From a virus, in the IMG/VR virus record IMGVR_UViG_3300024992_000001: a stretch of 52,244 nt of DNA; one strand, written 5' to 3'. The notes under the pieces are model-generated. The model saw only the letters and a list, made by a program, of their open reading frames with translations, did not search any database and was not told the origin of the DNA. The translations under genes were made by a program, and so were the position numbers. Numbering within the stretch: position 1 is the first letter of the stretch; every line of letters starts with the position of its first letter. Of this stretch, positions 22,737 to 31,860 are shown one piece after another.

Positions 22737-24336
22737 GCTCCGGCAAAGGGGCCGACCTGTGACGGGCCTGGCTCTGGCTAGTGGGGAATCACTTATAAAA
22801 TCTGACCCTGATGTGATTTCCTGGCTAGAACAAAATTTCTACATACCTGAAGCGAACAACGGCCCGATACGCCTGGCCCCCTACATCAAGGCCGCGTTGC
22901 GCGAGGCTCTACGCCGCGACGAAAACGGCGACTTCGTTTACTCGACCATCATCTGGTCGGACATAAAAAAGAGCGGTAAGTCCTCGATAGCCGCCGGCGT
23001 AGCCCTCTGGTTCGCTTATATGCTGGAGTGGGGCTCTATCAAGGTTATCGCTAACGACCTGGAGCAGGCCGACTCTCGCGTTGCTTACTATATGCGCCGG
23101 GCTATCGCGCTCAACCCCAAAATGCGCGAAGAAATAAAACAGCGCAACTATCTTATCCAGCTCCCGAACATGACCCTTATCAAAGCTATCCCGATTGACC
23201 CGGAAGGCGAAGCCGGCGGCAACGACGACATGATTATCTTCTCGGAGCTCTGGGGGGCGGTCGGAGCGAAAGCCGAGCGCATGTGGACTGAAGCCACGCT
23301 GCCGCCTAACAAGCACGGGCGTTCTTTTCGCTGGGTCGAAACTTACGCCGGGTTTTCGGGGGAGTCGGTCCTGCTCGAAAATCTTTACAACCAGGTTGTC
23401 AGGCCGGAGTATCAGATAACCTTGTCCGAAGAATACGACCGCGATAAAGACCGCATGGTAGATTTCCCTGGTCTGGAAGTTTACGCGAATCCGGTTACGC
23501 GAATGTTCTGCCTGTGGAACACGAAACCCAGGCTGCCCTGGCAGACCCCTTCTTATTACGCTACCGAAAAGGCGGTCATTCAAAACGAATCCGAGTACGG
23601 GCGGATTCACGAAAACAAGTGGTCGGCTTCGACAAAGAAGTTTGTCGATTCGAATCTATGGCGTGCCTGTGCTCTCAGTCCAAAAGAATTCAAGGAGCTT
23701 CTTGATAAGCACGTGCTGGAGCCGGATGACCCGATGGTAGCGGGAATTGACGCGGCGGTGACCAGGGATAACTTTGCGGTCTCGCTGGTTAGCCGGGTAG
23801 ACGATACCGCCTATGTGCGAATGACCAGGCTCTGGGTACCGCCGCCGGGTAAGCGCGAAATAAATTTCGCCGGGCCGGAGTATTTCTTGCGCTGGCTGGT
23901 GACGCCTGCCGACGAATTTGTCCAGGATGATAACGACCAGCCGTTACCGAATCCTGAGACCGGCGAGCTGGAACGGGGCCTGGACCTGAATATTATTTCT
24001 TTCAGCTATGACCCTTATCAGCTTGTGGACATGAGCCAGCGATTGAGAAGGGCCGGGGTCGGAAATTTCGAGCCGTTCAATCAAAACACCTTGCGGGCGG
24101 AAGCGGATAGTCTTTTTCAAACCTTGATTTACCGGCGGGGCGTCCGGCACCTGAACGACCCGGACCTTAACCGGCACATGGAAAACGCTAATTCCCAGGT
24201 GACCTATATCGGGAATTCCGATACCGGCCAACCTTCGAAAATCCGGCTGGTCAAGAAGACAACAACCGATAAAATCGATTTGGCCGTCGCAACCAGCATG
24301 GCGGTGTACCGAATCATAAAACAATATAATGTTTAA
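22687..24336 (+). CDS. terL: Terminase large subunit (549 aa)
   Basis: ATPase-like KKSGKSS and MIIFSELW motifs. The RNaseH-like nuclease half carries AGIDAAVTRD, SYDPYQ and KIDLAVATS. Confidence 0.85.
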   Translation: MTLSKNNSPLILAALDELRQRGRPVTGLALASGESLIKSDPDVISWLEQNFYIPEANNGPIRLAPYIKAALREALRRDENGDFVYSTIIWSDIKKSGKSSIAAGVALWFAYMLEWGSIKVIANDLEQADSRVAYYMRRAIALNPKMREEIKQRNYLIQLPNMTLIKAIPIDPEGEAGGNDDMIIFSELWGAVGAKAERMWTEATLPPNKHGRSFRWVETYAGFSGESVLLENLYNQVVRPEYQITLSEEYDRDKDRMVDFPGLEVYANPVTRMFCLWNTKPRLPWQTPSYYATEKAVIQNESEYGRIHENKWSASTKKFVDSNLWRACALSPKEFKELLDKHVLEPDDPMVAGIDAAVTRDNFAVSLVSRVDDTAYVRMTRLWVPPPGKREINFAGPEYFLRWLVTPADEFVQDDNDQPLPNPETGELERGLDLNIISFSYDPYQLVDMSQRLRRAGVGNFEPFNQNTLRAEADSLFQTLIYRRGVRHLNDPDLNRHMENANSQVTYIGNSDTGQPSKIRLVKKTTTDKIDLAVATSMAVYRIIKQYNV

Positions 24337-24351
24337 TCCATGAGCTAAAAC

Positions 24352-24383
24352 AAAAGGCCCGGTATTTAGCCGGGCCTTTTTTA
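24352..24383 (+). terminator. Intrinsic terminator after terL
   Basis: AAAA-GGCCCGG-tatttag-CCGGGCC-TTTTTT. Confidence 0.8.
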
Positions 24384-24444
24384 TTTACCAGGGATAGCGT
24401 TCCTGGGTAAATAACTCATTCGGGTAAAAAGATTATAGCACAAG

Positions 24445-24480
24445 AAAAAACTCCTAGACTGTCAGCTAAGAGTTTTTTTG
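24445..24480 (+). terminator. Second terminator-like hairpin
   Basis: AAAAAACTCCTAG-actgtcag-CTAAGAGTTTTTTT (one mismatch). Confidence 0.6.
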
Positions 24481-24626
24481 GTTGTTGGATTTTTTCGGAA
24501 CCTGCAATTCTATAACCCCATATTAGCACGAAAGAAATATATTTACAATATACTCTAGCGGTTTTTAGATTTATGTTGTATATTGTGAATTGACAAGCCA
24601 TTAATAAACTTAAAGAAACTTAAAGA

Positions 24627-26036
24627 ATGACGGTCGAAATCTATCGAAATAGCGTAACAGCAGCAGACCAGCCGGACTCCCCTTTATTCGGGCCGAACGG
24701 TTTTAACAGCCTGTTCCAGTTTACCTTACCCGCACCGGAGCCCGGCTCGATTTACAACGCCTTGCCGGAGCTGCCGGTCTACGGTTTGAGGGAAAGGGAT
24801 TATGTGCTTTCCCGGACTGTGCTTTATGAAGGGAACTGGGCCGGGGCTATTTCGATTGCAATTACAAAAATGGCGAGCCTGGGTTTTAACGTTAAAGCAC
24901 CGACCGACCTGGCCGCTCGCAAGTACCAGGAATTATTTCACGCTTCGAATGTCGGCCAGGGTTGGGTCCACTTTCTTTCGCAACATCTACGTGATTTTCT
25001 TAATACCGATAACGGCGCTTTTATCGAAGTGGTCCGGGCGACGCCGGCGGTCGGCTCTAAGATTATCGGCCTGGTCCACCTGGATTCGAAACGCTGCTAC
25101 CGGACCGGTGACCCGGAAATTCCAGTGCTTTACCGGGACCGCAAAGACCGGTATCACCAGCTCCGCGCTCACCAGGTCATTACCTTTGTTGACATGCCAA
25201 CGCCGGAAGAAACCTTTAACGGTATCGGGCTCTGCGCGGCCAGCCGAGCTTACAAAGCGATTCGGAAAATGGCTTTCGTCGACCAGTATCTGGAAGAGAA
25301 GGTCTCCGGGTTTAAAGCAAACTCTATTCACTTCCTGACCGGTATCAACGATAAGCAGTTGAAAAAAGCGCTCGACGGACAGGAAGCCGAGCAGCGTAAA
25401 TCCGGCGCGGTCGTTTATCGCGGGGCCGCTTTCGTACCGATGATTGACAAAGAGGGTATCTCGCATGTTGAAGTTGAATTGGCCGGGCTACCGGACGGTT
25501 TCGATTACGAAGTAGAGCTTTCCAAAACTCACCTTAAATATGCGAACGCTATCGGCCTGGACATTCAAGACCTGGAGCCGCTTTCCGGGCAGGCCCTGGG
25601 TACCGGCGCTCAATCAATGGTTCTCAACAACAAGGCAAAAGGGAAGGGCCTGGCCGCCTGGCTTCAGCAGTTTACTCACCTGATAAATTTCTTTCTTTTG
25701 CCGAACAACGCTTCTTTCTTCTTCGCTGAGAAATCCCTTGATGACGAATTGAAGACAGCCCAGGTCACCCAGGCCAGGGCCGCCGCCGTGCTTACGATGG
25801 TCCAGGCCGGGGTACTGGACCCGGCAACCGGCCAGCCTTTGCAATATATGGTTGACCTGGGAGAACTCCCCCAGTCCTACCTGCCTGTGGATACCACGCC
25901 GCAAACTACTCTCAGCGATACGGACAAAATTATAGATGCTCCCGGTATGGTTGATTTGAACATGGGTACTCAGCCGGACAATACACTGGATACCAGTTTG
26001 CCGCCGGACCAGTCTCAGCCGACAGGAGCAGTTTAA
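24627..26036 (+). CDS. Putative portal protein (469 aa)
   Basis: First large ORF after terL. The size and the acidic/Pro-rich C-terminus fit a portal. No SD. AAACTTAAAGA occurs twice directly upstream. Confidence 0.6.
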   Translation: MTVEIYRNSVTAADQPDSPLFGPNGFNSLFQFTLPAPEPGSIYNALPELPVYGLRERDYVLSRTVLYEGNWAGAISIAITKMASLGFNVKAPTDLAARKYQELFHASNVGQGWVHFLSQHLRDFLNTDNGAFIEVVRATPAVGSKIIGLVHLDSKRCYRTGDPEIPVLYRDRKDRYHQLRAHQVITFVDMPTPEETFNGIGLCAASRAYKAIRKMAFVDQYLEEKVSGFKANSIHFLTGINDKQLKKALDGQEAEQRKSGAVVYRGAAFVPMIDKEGISHVEVELAGLPDGFDYEVELSKTHLKYANAIGLDIQDLEPLSGQALGTGAQSMVLNNKAKGKGLAAWLQQFTHLINFFLLPNNASFFFAEKSLDDELKTAQVTQARAAAVLTMVQAGVLDPATGQPLQYMVDLGELPQSYLPVDTTPQTTLSDTDKIIDAPGMVDLNMGTQPDNTLDTSLPPDQSQPTGAV

Positions 26037-26488
26037 TGAGCGCAAAAATCGGTTTGAAATATATTGGTCCGAAAAAGATTTTTCCTACCGCGATAGAAAT
26101 TGAAAACGCGATAGAAAAAAAATTAACCCTGACAGCGGCTGATGCTCAAATAGATTTTATAAAGCTGGTCTCCAACTGGAAAGACAAGGTTGTTTTTACA
26201 ATCAAAACTCTTCCTATGGAACGGCAGGTCGGCACCAGTAACCGGATTTTTAAATTTGTCAGCCAGGGTACCCCGGTCCGGTACGCTTACATGTCCACTG
26301 ATTTTATGGCTAAAACAAAGCCTGGCAGTTTAACTTCGGGCTCCGGGGCCGGTCGAAAATGGGGTGTGAACGTCAATAATCCCCGGCCCGGTATCAAAGC
26401 CAGGGACTTTGACAAGCAGATTGCAGAAAAGTACCAGAAAAAATTCGGTCCGGCTATTCAGAAAGAACTAAGCAGGTTGTTTAAGTAA
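26036..26488 (+). CDS. Hypothetical virion-module protein (150 aa)
   Basis: TAATGA coupling to the portal gene. Confidence 0.55.
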   Translation: MSAKIGLKYIGPKKIFPTAIEIENAIEKKLTLTAADAQIDFIKLVSNWKDKVVFTIKTLPMERQVGTSNRIFKFVSQGTPVRYAYMSTDFMAKTKPGSLTSGSGAGRKWGVNVNNPRPGIKARDFDKQIAEKYQKKFGPAIQKELSRLFK

Positions 26489-26526
26489 CATCTGAGCCAT
26501 GCTCAGATAGAAAGAGGTTTTTCGAC

Positions 26527-27069
26527 ATGACTCAGATGAAGCGAATTTATCAGGCAACCCAGTCGGATTATGCCAGCACTAACTTTACCCAGTCGGACGG
26601 AGCGCTCAGCACCTGGCCGACCGGTCAGACTGCGGTTACTTCCGGCTCTCCTACTACGGCTTCCAACCAGGCCAGCCTGCCGACTACCGCAAAGTTCGGT
26701 CTCAATCACAATTCTTCGGACGTGTTTGTCCGGGCAAAAGCTGTCAGCAAGGCTGGGGAAGCGGTCTATGTTCGGGGCGATGCGAACGGCTATTACTACG
26801 CCGCTAACGAATCGACCGGCACGACCCTGAACTATTTCCAGATTTCCGGCTCTGTTAAGACGGTACTGGCCGGTCCTTTCACCGGTAACGCCGCGAACGA
26901 CATTCTGGGCCTGGAAGCGCTGGGCACAAAACTGACCCTGCTCCGTAACGGTCGAATTCTGGCCCAGGTTGACGCCCTAAACGGTGTTACCAGCAAGGAG
27001 CATGGTATTCGTAATCCGAGCGGTTCGACCGTGCTCATGGACGACCTGATTATCTTCCCGGCTTTCTAA
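26527..27069 (+). CDS. Hypothetical beta-rich protein, possibly a ConA/LamG-like jelly roll (180 aa)
   Basis: Ser/Thr/Gly-rich. By eye its architecture is similar to the first ~195 aa of 28852-29640 (…YY…, …G..L…, terminal DD-hydrophobic). Confidence 0.45.
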   Translation: MTQMKRIYQATQSDYASTNFTQSDGALSTWPTGQTAVTSGSPTTASNQASLPTTAKFGLNHNSSDVFVRAKAVSKAGEAVYVRGDANGYYYAANESTGTTLNYFQISGSVKTVLAGPFTGNAANDILGLEALGTKLTLLRNGRILAQVDALNGVTSKEHGIRNPSGSTVLMDDLIIFPAF

Positions 27070-27090
27070 TCAAAACAAGGTATCTAGTTT

Positions 27091-27516
27091 ATGGCTGAAC
27101 AAATCTTAGAGCTAACTCCCCAGGAGCTGGAGCAGGCCCAGGGGTTAAACCTTACTCAGGAAGAGTTGAACGCTCAAATGCAGCTCTTCATGAAACGGTT
27201 TCCTATGGTGCCGCTCTCTGAATTTCGAAAGGTGATAACCGGTATTCTCCAGGATACCGCCGCCGCCGAGTTACAGAGCCGGGTTGTTCAGCCTACCGAC
27301 CCCCAGGTTTACCAGGACACGATTTCGCTTTTTCTCCGGCAGCTTACTTTGCTCTGGGCCGCTTACAAACCGAGCCTTGATATAGATAAGGCTGCTCCGG
27401 TCCTGGCCCAGGCTCTGCAAAACCGGGGCCGAGCTCGGCCAGGTGAAAGTATTCGAGATGCGGCCAAATTTGTTTATGCCAGAATCCAGCGCGGGGAGCT
27501 CGATAAATTTTTATGA
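27091..27516 (+). CDS. Hypothetical helical protein (141 aa)
   Basis: ORF track. ATGA coupling downstream. Confidence 0.55.
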   Translation: MAEQILELTPQELEQAQGLNLTQEELNAQMQLFMKRFPMVPLSEFRKVITGILQDTAAAELQSRVVQPTDPQVYQDTISLFLRQLTLLWAAYKPSLDIDKAAPVLAQALQNRGRARPGESIRDAAKFVYARIQRGELDKFL

Positions 27517-27701
27517 GTCAACTTCTGGAAAAAGAAAAAGTTGAAGAGTTGGCCGAGCCTTTTCGGTGTTTATGTTGCCGGGTTATTCTCGGCTTTACTA
27601 ACGGTAAGCTACTAAAGATAGCCGGGGTGTTTATTAATAAATCTACTCCCCTGGCCTGTGCAAATTGCAAAACGGTGCGAATTTGGAGAGTTGTTAGTTA
27701 A
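27513..27701 (+). CDS. Hypothetical zinc-ribbon protein (62 aa)
   Basis: CLCC...CANC pairs. Confidence 0.5.
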   Translation: MSQLLEKEKVEELAEPFRCLCCRVILGFTNGKLLKIAGVFINKSTPLACANCKTVRIWRVVS

Positions 27702-27718
27702 TTCCAGGAGAAAAATAA

Positions 27719-28366
27719 ATGGCCGGTAGCAAAGGCGATGCTTACGAAAATACAGTTCTCGATACTGCTCTGGGTAATGGCAGCCCGGCCAGTCTGTACT
27801 GGGCCCTGGTCCAGGAATTCACCGGGGATGGGACGTTTACGGAAGCGAGCGGCGGGAGCTATGCCCGTGTGGCTCAGACAAACAACTCGACAAATTTCCC
27901 GGCTGCTTCCGGCGGCTCTAAATCAAATGGTACGACTGTAACTTTTGTTCAGGCTACGGCTGATATTGCCGCCGACCCGAACCGGATTCATGGCTGGGCT
28001 TTAATGGACGCTTCTAGCGGCGGTAATGCCAGGTACTGGGGGGAGTTTGTTGGAACAGCAAAAGTCTTTGTTGTAAAAGCTTCAACTGACATTTTTACTT
28101 CTATTGGTCATGGGTATACCAATGGTACAAAAGTTAGGGTTTGGAGCGCCGGGCCAGCTCTGCCTTCTGGTATTGCTCAGTTCACTACCTATTACATCAT
28201 TAACGCCACTACCGATACTTTCCAGTTTTCGGCTACTTCCGGTGGTTCCGCTGTGGACGTTACGGCTGATGGCGGTGGTTTGATTGCAACCGACCTGGCC
28301 CAGGAATACCGGCTCGGTAATACTTTTGTAATCGGTGCTGGTTCTGTCACTATCTCGGAAGATTAA
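27719..28366 (+). CDS. Putative virion fibre/decoration protein (215 aa)
   Basis: AGGAG RBS. Gly/Ser/Thr/Ala-rich. Its N-terminus (YENTVLDTALGNG...SGGSYARV) recalls a widespread phage structural family. The assignment is tentative. Confidence 0.4.
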   Translation: MAGSKGDAYENTVLDTALGNGSPASLYWALVQEFTGDGTFTEASGGSYARVAQTNNSTNFPAASGGSKSNGTTVTFVQATADIAADPNRIHGWALMDASSGGNARYWGEFVGTAKVFVVKASTDIFTSIGHGYTNGTKVRVWSAGPALPSGIAQFTTYYIINATTDTFQFSATSGGSAVDVTADGGGLIATDLAQEYRLGNTFVIGAGSVTISED

Positions 28367-28852
28367 ATGCCTAACGTCTGGTTAATAGCAAAAAATAAGC
28401 GGTTGCCTTCGGCGCGGCGCCCTACCGTGTATTGCCCGGTCTACGACTATATTGATTTGATAAGAGCGGACGGTGGGGCTTGTGCGGAAAGTGAGGTGCT
28501 GGGCGGTTATTTCCTGGTTAAGGTCAGGGCTTCGGTCAGCACGCTACAAACGATAGCGGCTGACCCGCTAATCATCTATGTCCCGCTTTCCAAATTGGAT
28601 GACCCGGTGTCCAGTTTGACGGCCAACCAGCGAACTGTTCTACGAAATGTGCTTTTGTCTATGGGGTATTCGACGGCAGAGTTACTTGCCGCTTTACCTA
28701 ATATTGCTCAGGCTACGCTAGGGCAGGTTTTAAGGTTTGCAAACAATCGCCGTCAGGATACCACCTATGACGAAGCCACTGACACGGTTAATTATAACGG
28801 GCCGGTTCAGGCTTGCGTTCCGGTTGATTTGATTGATGCTCTGGTGCAGTAA
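28367..28852 (+). CDS. Hypothetical protein (161 aa)
   Basis: Abuts the upstream stop. TAATG coupling downstream. Confidence 0.55.
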   Translation: MPNVWLIAKNKRLPSARRPTVYCPVYDYIDLIRADGGACAESEVLGGYFLVKVRASVSTLQTIAADPLIIYVPLSKLDDPVSSLTANQRTVLRNVLLSMGYSTAELLAALPNIAQATLGQVLRFANNRRQDTTYDEATDTVNYNGPVQACVPVDLIDALVQ

Positions 28853-29640
28853 TGGCTTTTCCTACTACAAGCATACTGGACAATTTTAACCGGGCTAATG
28901 GCAACAATGTTTATTCGAACGGTCCCTGGGGAGCTACACCTATCTGGTCCGGGGACACTTCCCTGGTTATCAGTTCCAACGCCGCTAAAGCTAACGGTAG
29001 TTGGGGCGATGTCTATACCAATACTTCCACCTATACCGATTCGGAAGCCTACGCCACCATTTCGTCTACCGGTGGGACGGATGGTTATTTGGAAATAATG
29101 GTGCGCGGTTCCGGGGGTAACTCAGGTAATCCTAGTTATTATAGCCTTGGTTGGAGTCAACACGATAACCATGACGATACCTGGCGAGTCTATCGTTCAG
29201 CCGGTGGTGCTTACACTCAATTAGGCGCTCAGTTTACCCAGGCGCCTGCTGTTGGTCACAGGTTCGGTATAAGTGCCATTGGGTCTTCCGTTATCGGTTA
29301 TTACGATACCGGCAGTGGGTTCGTTGCAAAAGTTACAACTTCGGACACAACGCATACCAGCGGCAGGTTAGGGTTTGAGATTTACAATTCTAGTGGGATT
29401 GATGATTTCGGCGGCGGCACGCCCGGCTCTGGAGTAACTGCCGATATGACCAGGCCGGTTAGAGTGACAACTGCGCCGTTCCCGTTTTTCCATATCCAAT
29501 ATTTTAAAAGGTTCCTTAAAGGAGTAAAAAATGTCTGGAGTAAAATGGGCTGCTACAATCTCCGAAGTAGCTCTTTCGGCGGCTACAGCCAAAACAGTTT
29601 TACAGGTAGTAGCGGCAACAAACCAGCGATTGCTCGTTAA
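28852..29640 (+). CDS. Hypothetical ConA/LamG-like beta-rich protein (262 aa); the last ~65 codons are doubtful and the 3' end overlaps the next gene by 110 nt
   Basis: DNFNRANG...GYLEIMVRG...GRLGFEIYNSSGIDDFGGG. The tail after GGG is low-quality sequence that runs through the next gene's RBS. Confidence 0.5.
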   Translation: MAFPTTSILDNFNRANGNNVYSNGPWGATPIWSGDTSLVISSNAAKANGSWGDVYTNTSTYTDSEAYATISSTGGTDGYLEIMVRGSGGNSGNPSYYSLGWSQHDNHDDTWRVYRSAGGAYTQLGAQFTQAPAVGHRFGISAIGSSVIGYYDTGSGFVAKVTTSDTTHTSGRLGFEIYNSSGIDDFGGGTPGSGVTADMTRPVRVTTAPFPFFHIQYFKRFLKGVKNVWSKMGCYNLRSSSFGGYSQNSFTGSSGNKPAIAR

Positions 29641-29980
29641 CCGTTTTGGAGTTTTTTTCGACGGCATTTCTACCACTGCCGAGCCGGTCCAGGTGCGTAT
29701 ACTCAGGCAAACTACCGCCGGTACTTCAAGCGCAAATACTCCTGTAAAACGGGTTAACTCCGATTCTGAAACTCTCCAGGTTACAGCTCGCGATACTTTT
29801 ACAGTGGAACCTACCAACAGCGATGTTTACGATGTTTTTGAAGTCCACCCTCAACAGGGTATTGATGTGATACTTCCGTTCGGCCAGGAAATAGTTGTTA
29901 AGGGCGGTGACCGGTTAGGAATAGAGTGTACTGCCCCGGCAGCGGTGAATTGCAGGGCTAAATTCTGGGGTGAAGAATAA
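29531..29980 (+). CDS. Hypothetical beta-rich virion protein (149 aa)
   Basis: Strong RBS (AAAGGAG, 7 nt, ATG). Confidence 0.6.
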   Translation: MSGVKWAATISEVALSAATAKTVLQVVAATNQRLLVNRFGVFFDGISTTAEPVQVRILRQTTAGTSSANTPVKRVNSDSETLQVTARDTFTVEPTNSDVYDVFEVHPQQGIDVILPFGQEIVVKGGDRLGIECTAPAAVNCRAKFWGEE

Positions 29981-29989
29981 AGGTAAAAA

Positions 29990-31369
29990 ATGCCTTTTGG
30001 ACAGGTTAGAGTAAGACAGCCTTTTTTACCGCTTCCCCCGAAAGATGAAGCGGTAAATGTCGTTGCGACTAACAGTGCCGCTTCCGGTGCCGCTTCTACT
30101 CAATCTGCTGTTCAGGTTACCCGCTCTTTAACATCTTCATCTTTTGCTCGCGGGGTTGCAGCCGCTACTCTAAATATTTTAATAAATTTAAGCAGCGCGA
30201 GTAACGGCCAGGCTAAAACCAGCTCCAGCGCCCAGGTTACGAAATCAGTTACTTCGGCCGCGAAGGGCCAGACCGCCACAGGTGCGAGCGCCCAGGTAAC
30301 CAGATCGGTTTCCTCAACTTCCAGGGGTCAAGCGAAAAACAGCAGTACCGGCCCGGTTGTTACACAATCGGTCAGCTCGGCCAGCCGGGGCCGCGCCCAG
30401 TCAACCGGCCAGGTCCAGGTAAGCGGTGTTTATCCAGCGTCAAAGACTGACGGCAGGGCCCGGATTTCGAGCAGTATTACCCGGACGGTATTATTTACTT
30501 CGACCGCGTCTGGCCGGGCCGTTACTACTGTTAGCGCAACTGTAATTAAATCGGTTGCTGGCTCGGCAGCGGCCAGGTCTAGCGTTACCAGTAGTTTTAC
30601 TGTAACAAAGGTTGTTTCCGGCCAGGCCCTGGGCCGCTCTCAAACCCAGGTTAGTCTGTCCGTCCTGGTCCAGCTCTCCCCCAGTGTAAGCCGGGGCCGA
30701 GCCAGTACAACAACAGTTATCAGTACCGGTAACGAAGTAATAGCGACGCCCAGCGAGAGTCGGGGCCGCGCCCGTGTGGTTTCCAGTTTTACCGTAACAA
30801 AATCAGTTTCTGGTCAGGTCCAGGGCCGGGCTATTACCAGTCAATCTCAGGTCGTTGTTACTAAAACAATGGCGGTCAGTACCAGTAAAGGGCGGGCCCA
30901 GGTCCAGGCAAGTACCCAGGTCAGTAAGATTTTTGTTACCAGGGCCGCCGGCAGGTCTTTTGTTTTATCTAATCTCTTTGTAGAGCACTCGCTCCAGGTT
31001 ATTTCGAAGGGCCGAGCTCGCACGACTGGCCTGGTTCAGGTAACCAGGTTGCTTACCAGTGGTATCCAGGCCAGAGCTTCTCTAACTTCCGCCGTTACTA
31101 TTCAGAAGTTTTTAAGTAGCCTTGCGGCTGGTAGAGCGCGTACCGTATCTATTTTTGATATTGTTGGGCCGCACAATGATGAGAAGCCAGTTTTAACTAT
31201 TCTCGAAGGGGTTTTCCCAGTTGCAACCGTAAAAACTCAGTCGCTCCCTGTGGCTTTTATAATCAATAAAGAGCTGGTTGTTGCGAAGGTTTCAGAAGGT
31301 TTATTACCGGAAATGGAAGTTACTGAGCTTGTTTTGCCGGTAGCAAAATTGAAAGAAGGGGCTTCTTAA
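29990..31369 (+). CDS. Tandem-repeat Ser/Thr/Val-rich protein (459 aa, about 17 repeats of ~21 aa)
   Basis: The recurring unit is s.qVTkSVss.s+GrA.t. G(R/Q)A turns appear at ARGVA, NGQAK, KGQTA, RGQAK, RGRAQ, DGRAR, SGRAV and onward to AGRAR. Confidence 0.7.
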   Translation: MPFGQVRVRQPFLPLPPKDEAVNVVATNSAASGAASTQSAVQVTRSLTSSSFARGVAAATLNILINLSSASNGQAKTSSSAQVTKSVTSAAKGQTATGASAQVTRSVSSTSRGQAKNSSTGPVVTQSVSSASRGRAQSTGQVQVSGVYPASKTDGRARISSSITRTVLFTSTASGRAVTTVSATVIKSVAGSAAARSSVTSSFTVTKVVSGQALGRSQTQVSLSVLVQLSPSVSRGRASTTTVISTGNEVIATPSESRGRARVVSSFTVTKSVSGQVQGRAITSQSQVVVTKTMAVSTSKGRAQVQASTQVSKIFVTRAAGRSFVLSNLFVEHSLQVISKGRARTTGLVQVTRLLTSGIQARASLTSAVTIQKFLSSLAAGRARTVSIFDIVGPHNDEKPVLTILEGVFPVATVKTQSLPVAFIINKELVVAKVSEGLLPEMEVTELVLPVAKLKEGAS

Positions 31370-31749
31370 TGACAGCTTCTGTTAAATATAAAGATTTTGA
31401 GAAAGACTGGTTTACCCATTCTTCTCTTGAATTGCCTTTTAACCTTACTTTAGGTGGGGCTCCTTTGACAAGCTCACAGCTTCAAGAAATCTGGTTTACT
31501 GCGAAGCTTAGTGATGAAGATGACGACCCAGGAATTTTTCAGGTTACAAAGACCGATGGCGATATTATTGTTATTGATGACCCGAACGGAGAGTACCTGG
31601 TAGTGGTTCCGGCAGCTTTAACTTCCGGTATAACTGCCCCGACAACTCTTTATTGCGATATTAAGACCAAAGAAGTTTTAAGGGGTCGTGTGATTGTAGG
31701 CGCTCGCGGAATAATCAATATGTACCCGACTCCTACGCAAGCAGTTTAG
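31369..31749 (+). CDS. Hypothetical Ig-like/fibre-module protein (126 aa)
   Basis: TAATG coupling. The pattern ...IFQVTKTDGDIIVIDDPNGEYLVVVP...LYCDIK... is seen in small phage fibre-associated proteins. Tentative. Confidence 0.5.
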   Translation: MTASVKYKDFEKDWFTHSSLELPFNLTLGGAPLTSSQLQEIWFTAKLSDEDDDPGIFQVTKTDGDIIVIDDPNGEYLVVVPAALTSGITAPTTLYCDIKTKEVLRGRVIVGARGIINMYPTPTQAV

Positions 31750-31768
31750 AGGTATATTCACACTATTA

Positions 31769-31797
31769 TTGACAAGTTCTGATATACTGAGAATATA
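31769..31797 (+). promoter_or_regulatory. Promoter-like sequence upstream of the head operon
   Basis: TTGACA (31769-31774), a 16-17 nt spacer, then GAATAT/AATATA. The -10 match is only moderate. Confidence 0.35.
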
Positions 31798-31860
31798 CAA
31801 GCCTTAATATTTTAAAGCCCTGGTCCTATTTGAAGAAACCAGGTAACGGTGAACCTTGCA

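Noticed and set aside
24416-24601. 61-aa minus-strand ORF between terL and portal.
   Set aside because: It covers terminator hairpins and promoter-like AT-rich DNA. It has no RBS and the wrong orientation for its surroundings.
29990-31369. Diversity-generating retroelement (template/variable repeat) reading of the tandem-repeat gene.
   Set aside because: There is no reverse transcriptase ORF in the genome and no near-identical TR/VR pair with adenine-specific differences. The repeats are old and diverged.
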